Assembly: GCA_021789695.1 (NCBI GenBank)
Contig: JAJYJH010000012.1
Location: forward strand, 4,991 to 68,990
Direction: 5' to 3'
DNA length: 64,000 nt
Origin: a bacterium
GTDB lineage: Bacteria > Elusimicrobiota > Elusimicrobia > Elusimicrobiales > UBA9959
In this document: in pieces, positions 18,950 to 29,349 of the stretch
How the letters are laid out: the number at the start of each line of letters is the position of its first letter
Numbering within the stretch: the stretch's first letter is position 1
The notes under the pieces: model-generated
Seen by the model: the letters and a program-made list of their open reading frames with translations, nothing else
Database searches by the model: none
Told to the model about the DNA's origin: nothing
Made by a program: the position numbers and the translations under genes

Positions 18950-19911
18950 CATCGGTGTTCGCTTCGCTGTTTCTCCTCGCCGGCCTCTGCTCAGCGCCGC
19001 TGCGCGCGCAGGAGGCCTCCACCAGGACCTACGCCCTCAGGGACGGCTCCCAACTGGTCTACCAGGAGCCGGGCTTCTGGCGCACGATGGGCTCCATGCC
19101 GTCGGACATGGGCACTTTCGTAAAGGACAGCTTCACGAAGGACAGCCTGCCTTGGCTGGGAGCGATAACCGCGTCCACGCTGATTCTTATGCACTACGAC
19201 CAGGCCATCTACGACGGTGCGCGGAAGACGGGAAGGAAGCTGGGCATCTCCAGCAAGGACAAGACCCGGGCCTACGTCACCGTGGGCGGAGTGGCCCTGT
19301 TCCGCGGCCCCAGCGACCTGGGCTCGGCCCTGTACTTCATAGGCGACGGCTGGGTGACGATAGGCGCGTTCGGCTACCTGAAGATCTACAACCTTTTCAA
19401 GCACGACTGGCGCGCCTCTCAGACCGCCAACCAACTGGGCGAGGGCCTCATCGCCACCGGCTTTGTCACCGAGCTGATGAAGAACATAGCCGGCCGCGAG
19501 ACGCCCGAGCGCGAGTCCGGCAAGGGCGGCGTCTGGCGTATGTTCCCGGGTCTGGGCGAGTACATTAAGCACCGTCCCAGCTACGACGCCTTCCCGTCCG
19601 GCCACCTGGCCAGCTACACGATGACTATGACCATTCTGGCCGACAACTACCCTGACAACAGGTATATAAAGCCCATAGGCTACACGCTGATGGCCGGGCT
19701 TTGTTTCCAGATGATGAACAACGGCGTGCACTGGGCCGGCGACTACCCGCTGGGCTTCGCCGTGGGCTACGGCATAGGCAAGGCGATATCTTCTCACGGC
19801 CGCACCGCGGCCCGCCGCGTGCCAGGGACGCAGGAAAAACAGACGCTCAGCTTCGCGCCCTACCTGTCGCCTTACGGCGGCGTAGGCGCGCAGCTGGCCT
19901 ATAGATTTTGA
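18928..19911 (+). CDS. PAP2 family phosphatase with signal peptide
   Basis: 'KNIAGRETP', 'FPSGH', 'HWAGD'. C-terminus 'GAQLAYRF'. Confidence 0.85.
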   Translation: METHPRLTSVFASLFLLAGLCSAPLRAQEASTRTYALRDGSQLVYQEPGFWRTMGSMPSDMGTFVKDSFTKDSLPWLGAITASTLILMHYDQAIYDGARKTGRKLGISSKDKTRAYVTVGGVALFRGPSDLGSALYFIGDGWVTIGAFGYLKIYNLFKHDWRASQTANQLGEGLIATGFVTELMKNIAGRETPERESGKGGVWRMFPGLGEYIKHRPSYDAFPSGHLASYTMTMTILADNYPDNRYIKPIGYTLMAGLCFQMMNNGVHWAGDYPLGFAVGYGIGKAISSHGRTAARRVPGTQEKQTLSFAPYLSPYGGVGAQLAYRF

Positions 19912-19979
19912 CGGCCGCGGCCCCGGCGGAAGCCGGGCTCCGGCGCGGGACGCTAACTTGTCGGGTATCAGGAGAAAAA

Positions 19980-21587
19980 ATGGCGGAGACCAATAAGCCT
20001 TTCAAGTACGAATGGTTCACGATGGGCGACATCAACGGCTTCTTCGGACTGATGTTCGACAACATGACCGTTATCTCTTTCCTGGCCGGCATACTCATCT
20101 TTGGCTTCGGCTTCCCCGCCGACATCGTGTACAAGAAGATGTTCCCCGGCACAGCCTTCGGCGTGCTGTTCGGCGACCTTGTCTATACCTGGATGGCCTT
20201 CAGGCTGGCGAGGAAGACCGGTAATCCCAAGGTGACGGCCATGCCGCTGGGCCTGGACGCGCCCTCAACCATAGGCCTGGCGCTGGCTGTGCTGGGACCG
20301 GCGTTCCTGAGCTTCAAGGCCGCCGGTATGCCGGAGCACGACGCGGCCATGATGACCTGGTACCTCGGCATGGCCACGATGGTGCTGACCGGAATTTTCA
20401 AGTTCGCGTTCTCCTTCGTCGGCGGCTGGCTGCAGAGGCTGGTGCCGCAGGCGGGGCTCCTGGGGTCTCTGGCTGGAATAGGCCTGGCGCTGATAGCCTT
20501 CGGGCCGATAGCCGAGATCTTCGGCATGCCGATAGTGGGCCTCATAGCCTTCGGCCTGATCGTCTACACGTTGGTGGCCGGCATAAAGCTGCCGTACCGG
20601 ATTCCAGGCGTGCTGGGCGCCGTGGTCATAGGAACCGTTCTCTACTACCTGCTGGCGCCGCACGGCCTGGCAGGCGGCACCTACCAGGGCCTCACCGCGC
20701 AGCTGCAGTTCGGCCTGCCGGTGCCCACGCTGGACTTCCTGAAGGGGATGCACGAAGCGCTTCGCTACCTGCCTATCTCCATTCCGTTCGCAATCCTCAC
20801 CGTGGTGGGCGGCATCAACGTCACCGAGAGCGCCCGCGTCGCCGGTGACGACTTCCGCACGCGCGACATTCTGCTGACCGAAGCCGTAGCCACGCTGATA
20901 GCCGGCTTCTGCGGCGGCGTGGCGCAGAGCACGCCCTACATCGGCCAGCCGGCCTATAAGGCCATGGACGCCCGCGCCGGCTACACGCTGCTGACCGGCA
21001 TCTTCATCGGCCTGGGAGGCTTCCTCGGCTACGTAGGGTTCATAGTGCAGCTTATACCGCAGGCGGTCATAGCGCCCATCCTCGTGTTCGTGGGCCTGGA
21101 CATAACCTGCCAGGCTTTCCACGCCTGCCCCCGGAAGCACGCGCCAGCAGTGGCGCTGGCCTTCTTCCCGACCGTGGCCAGGCTCATCCAGATAAAGCTC
21201 TCGGACCCGAGCCTCGTGCCGGCCGCTGTCTTCGCCCACAAGCTGGTCGAGACCGGCAAGGCCCTGCCTGATCTGCTGGTGACGGTGGCTCTGGGCAACG
21301 GCTTCATTCTTACCGGCATGCTGTGGGGCGCCTTTCTCGCCAAGCTGATAGACAGGCAGGTACGCTCCGCCGCCGGCTACCTGCTGGCCTGCGCCGCGCT
21401 GACCTTCTTCGGCATCATCCACTCCGCCATGCCGAACGGAGACATGTATTTCCCGTGGACGCTCCCGGCTCCGGCCAACCAGGTGCCGTACCAGTTCACG
21501 CTGGGCTACGTGGCGCTGGCCGCGCTGCTATTCGTCCTCTCGTTCACCAAGGAAGTGCGCGAAGGCCACGCGCCGGCGCATTACTGA
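19980..21587 (+). CDS. NCS2/AzgA-related (xanthine/uracil-type) permease
   Basis: Many TMs. 'GDINGFFGLMFDN', 'TAMPLGLDAP', 'ESARVAGD', 'YIGQPAYKAM'. Confidence 0.75.
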   Translation: MAETNKPFKYEWFTMGDINGFFGLMFDNMTVISFLAGILIFGFGFPADIVYKKMFPGTAFGVLFGDLVYTWMAFRLARKTGNPKVTAMPLGLDAPSTIGLALAVLGPAFLSFKAAGMPEHDAAMMTWYLGMATMVLTGIFKFAFSFVGGWLQRLVPQAGLLGSLAGIGLALIAFGPIAEIFGMPIVGLIAFGLIVYTLVAGIKLPYRIPGVLGAVVIGTVLYYLLAPHGLAGGTYQGLTAQLQFGLPVPTLDFLKGMHEALRYLPISIPFAILTVVGGINVTESARVAGDDFRTRDILLTEAVATLIAGFCGGVAQSTPYIGQPAYKAMDARAGYTLLTGIFIGLGGFLGYVGFIVQLIPQAVIAPILVFVGLDITCQAFHACPRKHAPAVALAFFPTVARLIQIKLSDPSLVPAAVFAHKLVETGKALPDLLVTVALGNGFILTGMLWGAFLAKLIDRQVRSAAGYLLACAALTFFGIIHSAMPNGDMYFPWTLPAPANQVPYQFTLGYVALAALLFVLSFTKEVREGHAPAHY

Positions 21588-21625
21588 GGCCGGAAACTGC
21601 GGCCGGGCTCGAGTGGCCGGCCGCT

Positions 21626-21654
21626 TTGTCAAAAAGCCGGTTTTTTGATAGAAT
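21626..21654 (+). promoter_or_regulatory. Sigma70-type promoter for tRNA-Gly
   Basis: TTGTCA - 17 bp - TAGAAT, with TG extension, 40 bp upstream of the tRNA. Confidence 0.65.
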
Positions 21655-21694
21655 AAGCAGGACGCCATCAGTCAGGGCGCGCAGTACAGGCAAC

Positions 21695-21768
21695 GCGGGC
21701 GTGGTTCAATGGTAGAACGCGACCTTGCCAAGGTTGAGACGAGGGTTCGATTCCCTTCGCCCGCTCCA
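21695..21768 (+). tRNA. tRNA-Gly (anticodon GCC)
   Basis: Acceptor GCGGGCG/CGCCCGC, D-loop TGGTA, anticodon arm CGACC-TTGCCAA-GGTTG, T-loop GTTCGATTC, encoded CCA. Confidence 0.97.
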
Positions 21769-21783
21769 AAAATTTTAGATATT

Positions 21784-21809
21784 AGGCCATCCTGACGGAT
21801 GGCCTTTTT
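21784..21809 (+). terminator. Rho-independent terminator after tRNA-Gly
   Basis: AGGCCATCC-TGAC-GGATGGCCT followed by a T run. Confidence 0.9.
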
Positions 21810-21814
21810 CTTAT

Positions 21815-21941
21815 GTGTGCCCAGCATGAAACCAAGCTTGGAGGTGAAAGTCCTCCGGGGAGACAGGAGAAGTTCTTTGACAGGGTTAACCACGACATCC
21901 TGATGAGCCGGCTGGCGAAGAGGATACAGGATAAACGGGTG
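21815..21941 (+). mobile_element. Group IIC intron remnant (5' end joined to a short RT fragment)
   Basis: Starts GTGTGCCCAGCATG...GAGGTGAAAGTCCTC just after the terminator. 21867-21941 translates EKFFDRVNHDILMSRLAKRIQDKRV, a group II intron RT signature. Confidence 0.85.
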
Positions 21942-22048
21942 TCGGGTGTTACGAAGAGAGCTCGCTGACGCTCGCAAGTCGCCCGCTCCGGAGATTTGAA
22001 TGCGTCAGGCTATCTTCATGGATGGCCTTTCCCTTAATTATGCCGGAG

Positions 22049-22648
22049 CTATTCGGCGGAATCTCCGGGCAGAAGGCGCTGGGGGAGGTCTCTGAAAGAG
22101 GTTATCTTTCCGTCGGGAGAGAAGTCCAGTATCCAGGTGCGGTCGAAAGCGTTGCCGTCCCAGTTGTCGGGCAGCGCGTCCTGTACTCCGTCGGCGGTGC
22201 CGGCCGCGGCGGCCAGGGCGGCGACGATGTCTGGGATGGCGTTGTGCTCCCAGCAGACAAGGACCATCTTCCCGTCGTAGGCTTTGTTGGAGAGGACGGC
22301 GTTCGCGAGGTCCGAGGCGTCGTCGCGCAGGTAGTCCGAGATGACCGGCAGGCCCAACGCCTCGGCCAGCGGGGTGACGGTCTGTATGGGACGCACGGAG
22401 CCGTTGGGGCCTTTGGGTTTCATGGCGTAGATGGCGACCGGAGTCCCGTAGGCGGTTACGGCGGGGTTGGTCTTGAAATAATTGACCAAAGCCCTGGCCC
22501 TGGCGAAGCCCTGCTCGTCGAGCTGGTTGCCCTGGGCCGGCTTCTCGCCGTGGCGGATCAGGATTATCTGCGCTGGTGCCGCCGCGGCGAGCGAAACGCC
22601 GCAGGCCAGCGCTATGGAGGTCACGACGGGGAGAAAGATTTTCTTCAT
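22049..22648 (-). CDS. Secreted histidine phosphatase superfamily protein
   Basis: Signal peptide, then 'IILIRHGEKP' (RHG motif), 'RPIQTVTPLA', 'VCWEH', 'FDRTW'. Confidence 0.85.
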   Translation of the reverse strand: MKKIFLPVVTSIALACGVSLAAAAPAQIILIRHGEKPAQGNQLDEQGFARARALVNYFKTNPAVTAYGTPVAIYAMKPKGPNGSVRPIQTVTPLAEALGLPVISDYLRDDASDLANAVLSNKAYDGKMVLVCWEHNAIPDIVAALAAAAGTADGVQDALPDNWDGNAFDRTWILDFSPDGKITSFRDLPQRLLPGDSAE

Positions 22649-22986
22649 GGGAACCTCTTTTCTGGTGTCTTCGCCTTGATGCGGCGTCCCCCTTAACGGG
22701 GCCGCCCTGTTAAAGGTGTTATACATAAATACGGCCTTGTTTTCCAGCCCCTCAATGTCCGCCGCGCTGCGCCGGCCCAGGCCCGGCGCCGCCGATGGAG
22801 CCGGCGAGTATCCCGCACGGGCGCCGGTCTCGTAACGGACGATGTTCCCGCTGTCCAAAGCCGGTAGCTTCTCCCGGCCCTCTGGGGCTTTTGCCGGCCA
22901 TGGATCAGGCCCAAAGACTCTTATTCTCCCCTCCGGCGTTTTGTACAATATAAAAATAATCGCACAGCGGCTTGAAGGAGACATTA

Positions 22987-23688
22987 ATGAAGACCATAGC
23001 AGTAATAGCCACATTTATTTCCATGGGGCAGTTCGCGTTCGCCGGAGTTAATTTCGACGGTGGAGTGGACGTGAAGGCCGCGGTCAGCGAGGCCAAAGCC
23101 TCCGAAGTGAAGGCCCCGGCCGCCAGGTTCGCCACCCCGGTGGACATAACCCGCGACTGCCAAAAGATAACCTTCGGGGCTTCCGACCCGCTGGCCTCGG
23201 CAGTGGTGCCGCTGCGCAGCCGGGAAGAGGACCAGGACTGTCAGAACATGGGCGCTCCGGTCGGCCAGATCTGCACCCCGTCCTTCCACGACTACAGCGC
23301 CGACGCGCAGATAGTGGTGACCCAGCCGCGCGAACTGAAGCCCGGCCAGAGCGAGACCTTCGAGGTCTGCCTGTGGGGTTCTTTCCTCAGCATGAAGCCG
23401 GTTTCCACGGTGTACAAGTACACAGTTAACCGCGTGCTGGACGTATTCCGGCTAACTCCTCAGGGGCCTGTCCAGCCGGCCGCCGCCAAGTCGGCCCCGG
23501 CGCAGAACGTCTGCTACCTGGCCATGGACGACGGCCATTTCTGCACCTACCGCTGCAAGGACGGCAGCTACATCACCAACCCTAACCCGTTCCCGACGAT
23601 ACCGTCTCCGAACCCGTGGGTGGGCCCGATCTCCACGCCGTGCAGCCCCACGGCCACCAACAGCCCGCTGATAGCGGGACAGAAATAA
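22987..23688 (+). CDS. Secreted Cys-containing hypothetical protein
   Basis: RBS AAGGAG, signal peptide ending AFA, 8 Cys, Pro-rich C-terminus, downstream terminator. Confidence 0.8.
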   Translation: MKTIAVIATFISMGQFAFAGVNFDGGVDVKAAVSEAKASEVKAPAARFATPVDITRDCQKITFGASDPLASAVVPLRSREEDQDCQNMGAPVGQICTPSFHDYSADAQIVVTQPRELKPGQSETFEVCLWGSFLSMKPVSTVYKYTVNRVLDVFRLTPQGPVQPAAAKSAPAQNVCYLAMDDGHFCTYRCKDGSYITNPNPFPTIPSPNPWVGPISTPCSPTATNSPLIAGQK

Positions 23689-23711
23689 TCGCGGCGCTAA
23701 GCGCTGGAGAG

Positions 23712-23743
23712 GGGCCGGCTGGCGAAGCCGGCCTTTTCTTTTT
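23712..23743 (+). terminator. Rho-independent terminator
   Basis: GGCCGGCT-GGCGA-AGCCGGCC followed by TTTTCTTTTT. Confidence 0.8.
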
Positions 23744-23833
23744 GTGCCGGCCAGGCGGGCGGCGGCGCGTTGACCGAGGGGAGGGGGAAGGTATAGAATC
23801 TTTTAGCCGGGCGAGCCCCCGGCAGGAGGCGAT

Positions 23834-24160
23834 ATGAAGAAGATCGTGTTCGCGGCAGGGGTAGCATTGATGGCGGCGGGTTGCGCCACTTTGGGCAGGA
23901 ATTTCGATTCCGGCATAACGGCCCGGATACAGAACGGCGTCACCACGCAGGCGGACCTGCGCTCGATGCTGGGCGCGCCGGACCGCGTAGGCGTGGACGA
24001 CGGAGACGTTACCTGGACCTATCTCTATTCCAAGGTGGGCGTGTTCCGCAAGGACCAGGAGGAGAAGGACCTTTACCTGCGCTTCGACGCGACGGGCAAG
24101 GTGAAGTCGTACTCGTTCAATTCCACCTTCATGGCCGACAAGGCCAGGCTGTCGAAGTAG
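23834..24160 (+). CDS. SmpA/OmlA (BamE-like) domain lipoprotein
   Basis: Lipobox 'AAGC'. 'IQNGVTTQADLRSMLGAPD', 'WTYLY', 'LRFDATGKV'. Confidence 0.8.
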   Translation: MKKIVFAAGVALMAAGCATLGRNFDSGITARIQNGVTTQADLRSMLGAPDRVGVDDGDVTWTYLYSKVGVFRKDQEEKDLYLRFDATGKVKSYSFNSTFMADKARLSK

Positions 24161-25180
<1,020 letters not shown>

Positions 25181-25192
25181 GACCGGCGGCGG

Positions 25193-25227
25193 AAAAATGC
25201 CGGCCCGGGCGGGCCGGCATTTTTTTT
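25193..25227. terminator. Bidirectional Rho-independent terminator
   Basis: AAAAATGCCGGCCCG/CGGGCCGGCATTTTT between convergent genes. Confidence 0.85.
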
Positions 25228-25234
25228 GTCCATG

Positions 25235-26173
25235 TCAGAAGACTTCGTTGGTGAGGCAGTGCACGGAGCCGCCGGCGTAGCGGAAACTGGTCAGCGGTGC
25301 TACGTAGCGCTCTATGCCCATTTTTTTCAGCTTTTCCTCCACGCCGGGAGTGGAGAAGCGGCTGCAGTTGACCATGACGCCTGGGGCTATCAGCGCGTTG
25401 ACGGCGTAATCGCCCAGGTTGTCGCCGGTGCCGGAGGAGTCCTGCGCGGTGACCTCGATGACGGGTACTTTGAGCGCGCGGATCTTGGCCATGCTCCTGG
25501 GCTTGATGCTGTCCGAGGCGATGATCAGCGCGGCCAGCCGGTTGTCGGCCGAGACCACCGGCGTGAAGACGGTGTCGAGGTGGTAACCGTCGGACTCCAC
25601 CAGGATGTAGTGGTCGGGGCGCACGATGTCGCGCACGAAGTCGTGGCCCTTCTTGGACGAGCGCGAGAGCCCGCCGAAATAGTAGCTGCCTTCCGCGGTC
25701 TTGAGGAAGTTGATGTCGCCGCCCTCCAGGAAGGCGTCCTTCGGCGTGTCGATGACGGTCTTCTTGAGCTTGGAGGAGATCACCTGCGTGTGGAACTCGC
25801 CCTCGGTGATGCGGTCCTTCACGCTGAAGCGGCCCTTGATCCAGATGCTGCGGAAGATCATGCCGCCGTCGCGGATGAAGACGGCGTCGTGGTAGAGGCT
25901 GTCCGGACGGTTGAGCTGCTCGGGGAAGGGGAAGATGTGCAGGTGGAAGCCCGCCAGCAGCAGCGTGTCCACGAAGTTGAGCCATTCGCGGCGCAGCAGG
26001 TCCTGGTCGGGGACTATGCCGTGCTCCTTGGCGTAGAGCGTGGCGAAATTGGCGCTTGTCTCGGTCTCGCCCTTGTGGACGGGGTAGCCCTTGTGCCACA
26101 TGCCCTTTACCTCGGGCGTGACGGGGGGCAGGCCCAATACGACTATCTCTCGGTCGTGTTTGTGCGCGTTCAT
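25235..26173 (-). CDS. Amidinotransferase / dimethylarginine dimethylaminohydrolase (pentein) family protein
   Basis: 'DAVFIRD', 'FLEGGD', 'YHLDT', C-terminal catalytic Cys 'GGSVHCLT'. The start could instead be 26218. Confidence 0.85.
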   Translation of the reverse strand: MNAHKHDREIVVLGLPPVTPEVKGMWHKGYPVHKGETETSANFATLYAKEHGIVPDQDLLRREWLNFVDTLLLAGFHLHIFPFPEQLNRPDSLYHDAVFIRDGGMIFRSIWIKGRFSVKDRITEGEFHTQVISSKLKKTVIDTPKDAFLEGGDINFLKTAEGSYYFGGLSRSSKKGHDFVRDIVRPDHYILVESDGYHLDTVFTPVVSADNRLAALIIASDSIKPRSMAKIRALKVPVIEVTAQDSSGTGDNLGDYAVNALIAPGVMVNCSRFSTPGVEEKLKKMGIERYVAPLTSFRYAGGSVHCLTNEVF

Positions 26174-26330
26174 GGCTGCGGTCCCTGGAAGCAGGCGCTG
26201 CGGGGCGAGATTCCTCATGGTCGATCGTTCCGTACGGCCTGTATATTCTGACAATATCGGGCCTGGAAGTCAAAAGAGCGCCACGCCGGAACCGGGGGCG
26301 CGGCGGCGCGGCTGGGAACGGAAGGGCTGG

Positions 26331-26774
26331 TTATTCCGGGAATGCGGAAACGGTGCGCCAGTAGGAAAGGAACCCGCCTAAAATATTCCTGAAGCCTTCG
26401 GCGGAGTCCGGCTTGGTCAGGTATGAAGCGGCGCCGCAGTCATAGCATCTGTTTATGTCCTGAGGGGAGTTGGACGTGGAGAGCATGATGACGGGAATCT
26501 TCCTCAGCTCCGCGTCCGACTTCAGCTCCTTCAGCATGGCGAAGCCGTCCATTCCGGGCATGTTTACGTCCAGCAGCAGCAAGTCCGGCAACTGCGGCCT
26601 CTTGCCGGCGTATTTGCCAGTGCCGCGCAGGCGCTCAAGCGCATCCACCGCGCTAGAGGCCGCTTCCAGCGTGTGCTGGGAGTCCAGCGCGGAAAGCACT
26701 GAACGCACCATGAAAACGTCGTCCTCGCTGTCGTCAACGATAAGCAGCTTTAGACGGGAAAAAACCGAGTCCAT
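26331..26774 (-). CDS. Single-domain response regulator (Rcp1-like)
   Basis: 'LIVDDSEDD', 'PDLLLLDVNMPGMDG', 'IPVIMLSTS', 'YLTKP', 'YW'. Confidence 0.93.
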   Translation of the reverse strand: MDSVFSRLKLLIVDDSEDDVFMVRSVLSALDSQHTLEAASSAVDALERLRGTGKYAGKRPQLPDLLLLDVNMPGMDGFAMLKELKSDAELRKIPVIMLSTSNSPQDINRCYDCGAASYLTKPDSAEGFRNILGGFLSYWRTVSAFPE

Positions 26775-27054
26775 ATCCCCCCCTTACTGCCGCCGGCCGC
26801 CCCAAACCGGGGACGGCCGCCTCCTGCCGGCCCGGGCCTGCCCCCCCAAAGATACTATAGCAGACCAGGCGGATATTTCAAGGTTATCTTTTATACACGG
26901 GCAGCGGCCCGGGAGCGGGGGGGCCCAGGCGCCGGGGCCCAAAGGCCTAGTCCCGCGGACCCGCCAGGGCCTGGGGCGGCGTAGGCAATAAAACCGCGGC
27001 GGTATGGGCACTCGGCCCCTTATGAAGGGCGGCGCTTTCCCGTATACTTTAGGT

Positions 27055-29334
27055 ATGAGATCCACCAAAAAACTTGTTTCCGTCCCCGCGGTCATCCTTT
27101 CCTTGGCGGTAATGGCTTCCGGCGCGGCGGCGCTCGACTTCGACGGCGCCTCTGGCTCCGGGTCCTTATCCGACATGGTGGCGTCGATACAGTCGCGTTC
27201 CGCCGAGATAAAGACCCCGACGGTTTCCACCCAGAGCGCGGAGACCAGCCAGATGGAGCACTTCTGGGAGAACCTGAAGGACGGCACGATGGACGGTATC
27301 TGCAAGAACGCCCAGATCAAGCTGAACAAGGACGGCAGGCTGGCCGGCGGCGCCATAGCCGTGGGCGGCAAGTTCCAGCGCTATATGAGGAAGTATCCCG
27401 ACAACCGGGTGGCCCTGATAGACGTGGTGGGCGTTAACGTCGGCGGCAGCATCGGCCATTCCGTGGTCAATATCCCCGGTGCCGGCCCCCTCAGCTTCAG
27501 CCTCTCCGGCAGCATGGAGGGCGATTCCTGGGTGGTGCGCCCGTTGGAGAGCGACAAGTATTGCCGCGAGCTGGGTACGCTGGCGAAGCTCTACCAGGTC
27601 AAGACAGTCCTGCCGGTCACCGTCAACCGTCTGCAGAACATGACCATCGGCGAGGTCTGGAAAATGCCTTTCGTCCTCCACATGGGCTTCGGCCTTGGCG
27701 CCGGCGCCATGGCCGACAATATCCTCAACGTCTCCGTCTCCGCCGGCGAGACCCGCGACGCCAAGCCCTCCGTCACCCTCTACAGGATGGACGCCAACAC
27801 GCTGCGCCTGCGTCTGCGCCTGGACCGCGTCGTGGCCCGCAGCGTCGGCGCCTCGGCCGCCACCGTGCAGATCCCGATGACAGACCTCGGCCTGATAAGC
27901 GGCACCAATATGATAGCCCAGGCGGCCAACAAGCAGCTCAACAGCGCTATCTTCGACCAGATCAACAAGGCTATCTCGTTCCAGCTCTCCTTCGGCCACA
28001 CGCAGACTTTCGGCAGGAAGCTGCTGGTGGAGTTCCTGCTGGACCCGAATAACCCCGAGCAGATGCAGAACCTGGTCAGGTTCATGAACGGCGACTTCGG
28101 TATACTGAAGCGCTTCATAGAGATGGGCCTGCACTTCAACCACTTCTCCGAAGAAGACCAGGCCTCCAGCGGCGCGGGCGAGATCTCCGGCGTGGCCGAA
28201 CAGACCGGCAACGCTCTGGACTCGAACCCCAGCTTCGCCGGCAGCGACATCTACCACGGCCATTCCAACAGCTTTCATATCGTGGTCCCGGTGCTGCACT
28301 CCCACGACACCTCCTGGACCTCCTCCTACAACCGCTACCAGTCGCTCGACAAGGATGGCGAGACGATACACGTGCAGCAGCGCCAGCGCGTCTCCAACGG
28401 CAACTCGCTGAACATCCCGTTCGTCGGCACTGTGGTCAAGTACGATTCGCAGAAGAACGTGTACGTCATCAACAAGGAGAACACCGACGGCAGCGTCACG
28501 CAGCCGGCCCTGCTGTACCAGCAGTACGAGGGCTTCGTGAAGGAGGGCGACGGCACCGCCCGCTATATGATCGACAAGGCCAACGGCGTGCTGAAGTACG
28601 TGGGCACGCACGGCAACGGCACCGACGACGGCAACACGCTCCCCGCGACCGAGATCTTCCCGCCGCTGCCTCAGCAGGAGGGGAACGGATTCGACGGCGC
28701 CGCCGACTCACAGTCTTCCAAGACCTATAAGGCCGCCCTGATGAGCTTCAAACTGATGATCAACCAGGCCGGCGTGCAGCAGATCATCTTCGCCCCGGCC
28801 GAGGCCATCATGAAGGCCTTCATGAACGTGGCCCGCGAGGTCAACGCCGACATAGTGGACAAGGTGATGGACCTGTTCACGATAAACAAGAAGGGCGAGG
28901 TGGCCTACGACTACGGCGCCGCCGCCAAGCGCCTCGGCTACAACTACGCTGACAGCGACAACGGCGGTACCAACCCGCTGGATATAGTGAGGAACCTGGC
29001 TTATTCGGCCACCCAGGTGATAAAGGACATTATGTCTGTGCGGAACGCCGGCGGCTGGAAGGCCCAGTCTGACCAGCTTTCCGACGTCGCTGCCGGCAAG
29101 TCCAAGAGCCGCCTCTCCTACGAGGATTTTATGAAGGTCGTGGTGCAGTTGGTGGACCCGAAGGAAGTTTCGGCCGCGGTGTACGTGCACACCGACAAGC
29201 GCGTGAAGGGCGAAGCCGACGTGACGCAGACCTATAACTTCTTCAACGGCCGCGACAACAACTTCGATAAGACGATCTCGGACGTGACCGATATGCAGAA
29301 CCGCTTCACCGATCCCGCCGAGTTGACGGACTGA
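27055..29334 (+). CDS. Large secreted hypothetical protein (759 aa)
   Basis: Signal peptide ending GAAA, strong GC3 codon bias, own terminator. No family recognised. Confidence 0.85.
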   Translation: MRSTKKLVSVPAVILSLAVMASGAAALDFDGASGSGSLSDMVASIQSRSAEIKTPTVSTQSAETSQMEHFWENLKDGTMDGICKNAQIKLNKDGRLAGGAIAVGGKFQRYMRKYPDNRVALIDVVGVNVGGSIGHSVVNIPGAGPLSFSLSGSMEGDSWVVRPLESDKYCRELGTLAKLYQVKTVLPVTVNRLQNMTIGEVWKMPFVLHMGFGLGAGAMADNILNVSVSAGETRDAKPSVTLYRMDANTLRLRLRLDRVVARSVGASAATVQIPMTDLGLISGTNMIAQAANKQLNSAIFDQINKAISFQLSFGHTQTFGRKLLVEFLLDPNNPEQMQNLVRFMNGDFGILKRFIEMGLHFNHFSEEDQASSGAGEISGVAEQTGNALDSNPSFAGSDIYHGHSNSFHIVVPVLHSHDTSWTSSYNRYQSLDKDGETIHVQQRQRVSNGNSLNIPFVGTVVKYDSQKNVYVINKENTDGSVTQPALLYQQYEGFVKEGDGTARYMIDKANGVLKYVGTHGNGTDDGNTLPATEIFPPLPQQEGNGFDGAADSQSSKTYKAALMSFKLMINQAGVQQIIFAPAEAIMKAFMNVAREVNADIVDKVMDLFTINKKGEVAYDYGAAAKRLGYNYADSDNGGTNPLDIVRNLAYSATQVIKDIMSVRNAGGWKAQSDQLSDVAAGKSKSRLSYEDFMKVVVQLVDPKEVSAAVYVHTDKRVKGEADVTQTYNFFNGRDNNFDKTISDVTDMQNRFTDPAELTD

Positions 29335-29349
29335 GCCGCGCGGACGCGC

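Noticed and set aside
21672-21977. 101-aa minus-strand ORF
   Set aside because: Antisense of the tRNA and of the intron RT fragment.
22660-22720. Possible c-di-GMP-I riboswitch upstream of the histidine phosphatase
   Set aside because: Only a simple hairpin. The GCAAA, GNRA and second-stem elements are missing.
22720-22900. Possible gene remnant (…KLPALDSGNIVRYETG…) in the divergent spacer
   Set aside because: Too short, and I cannot assign it to any family.
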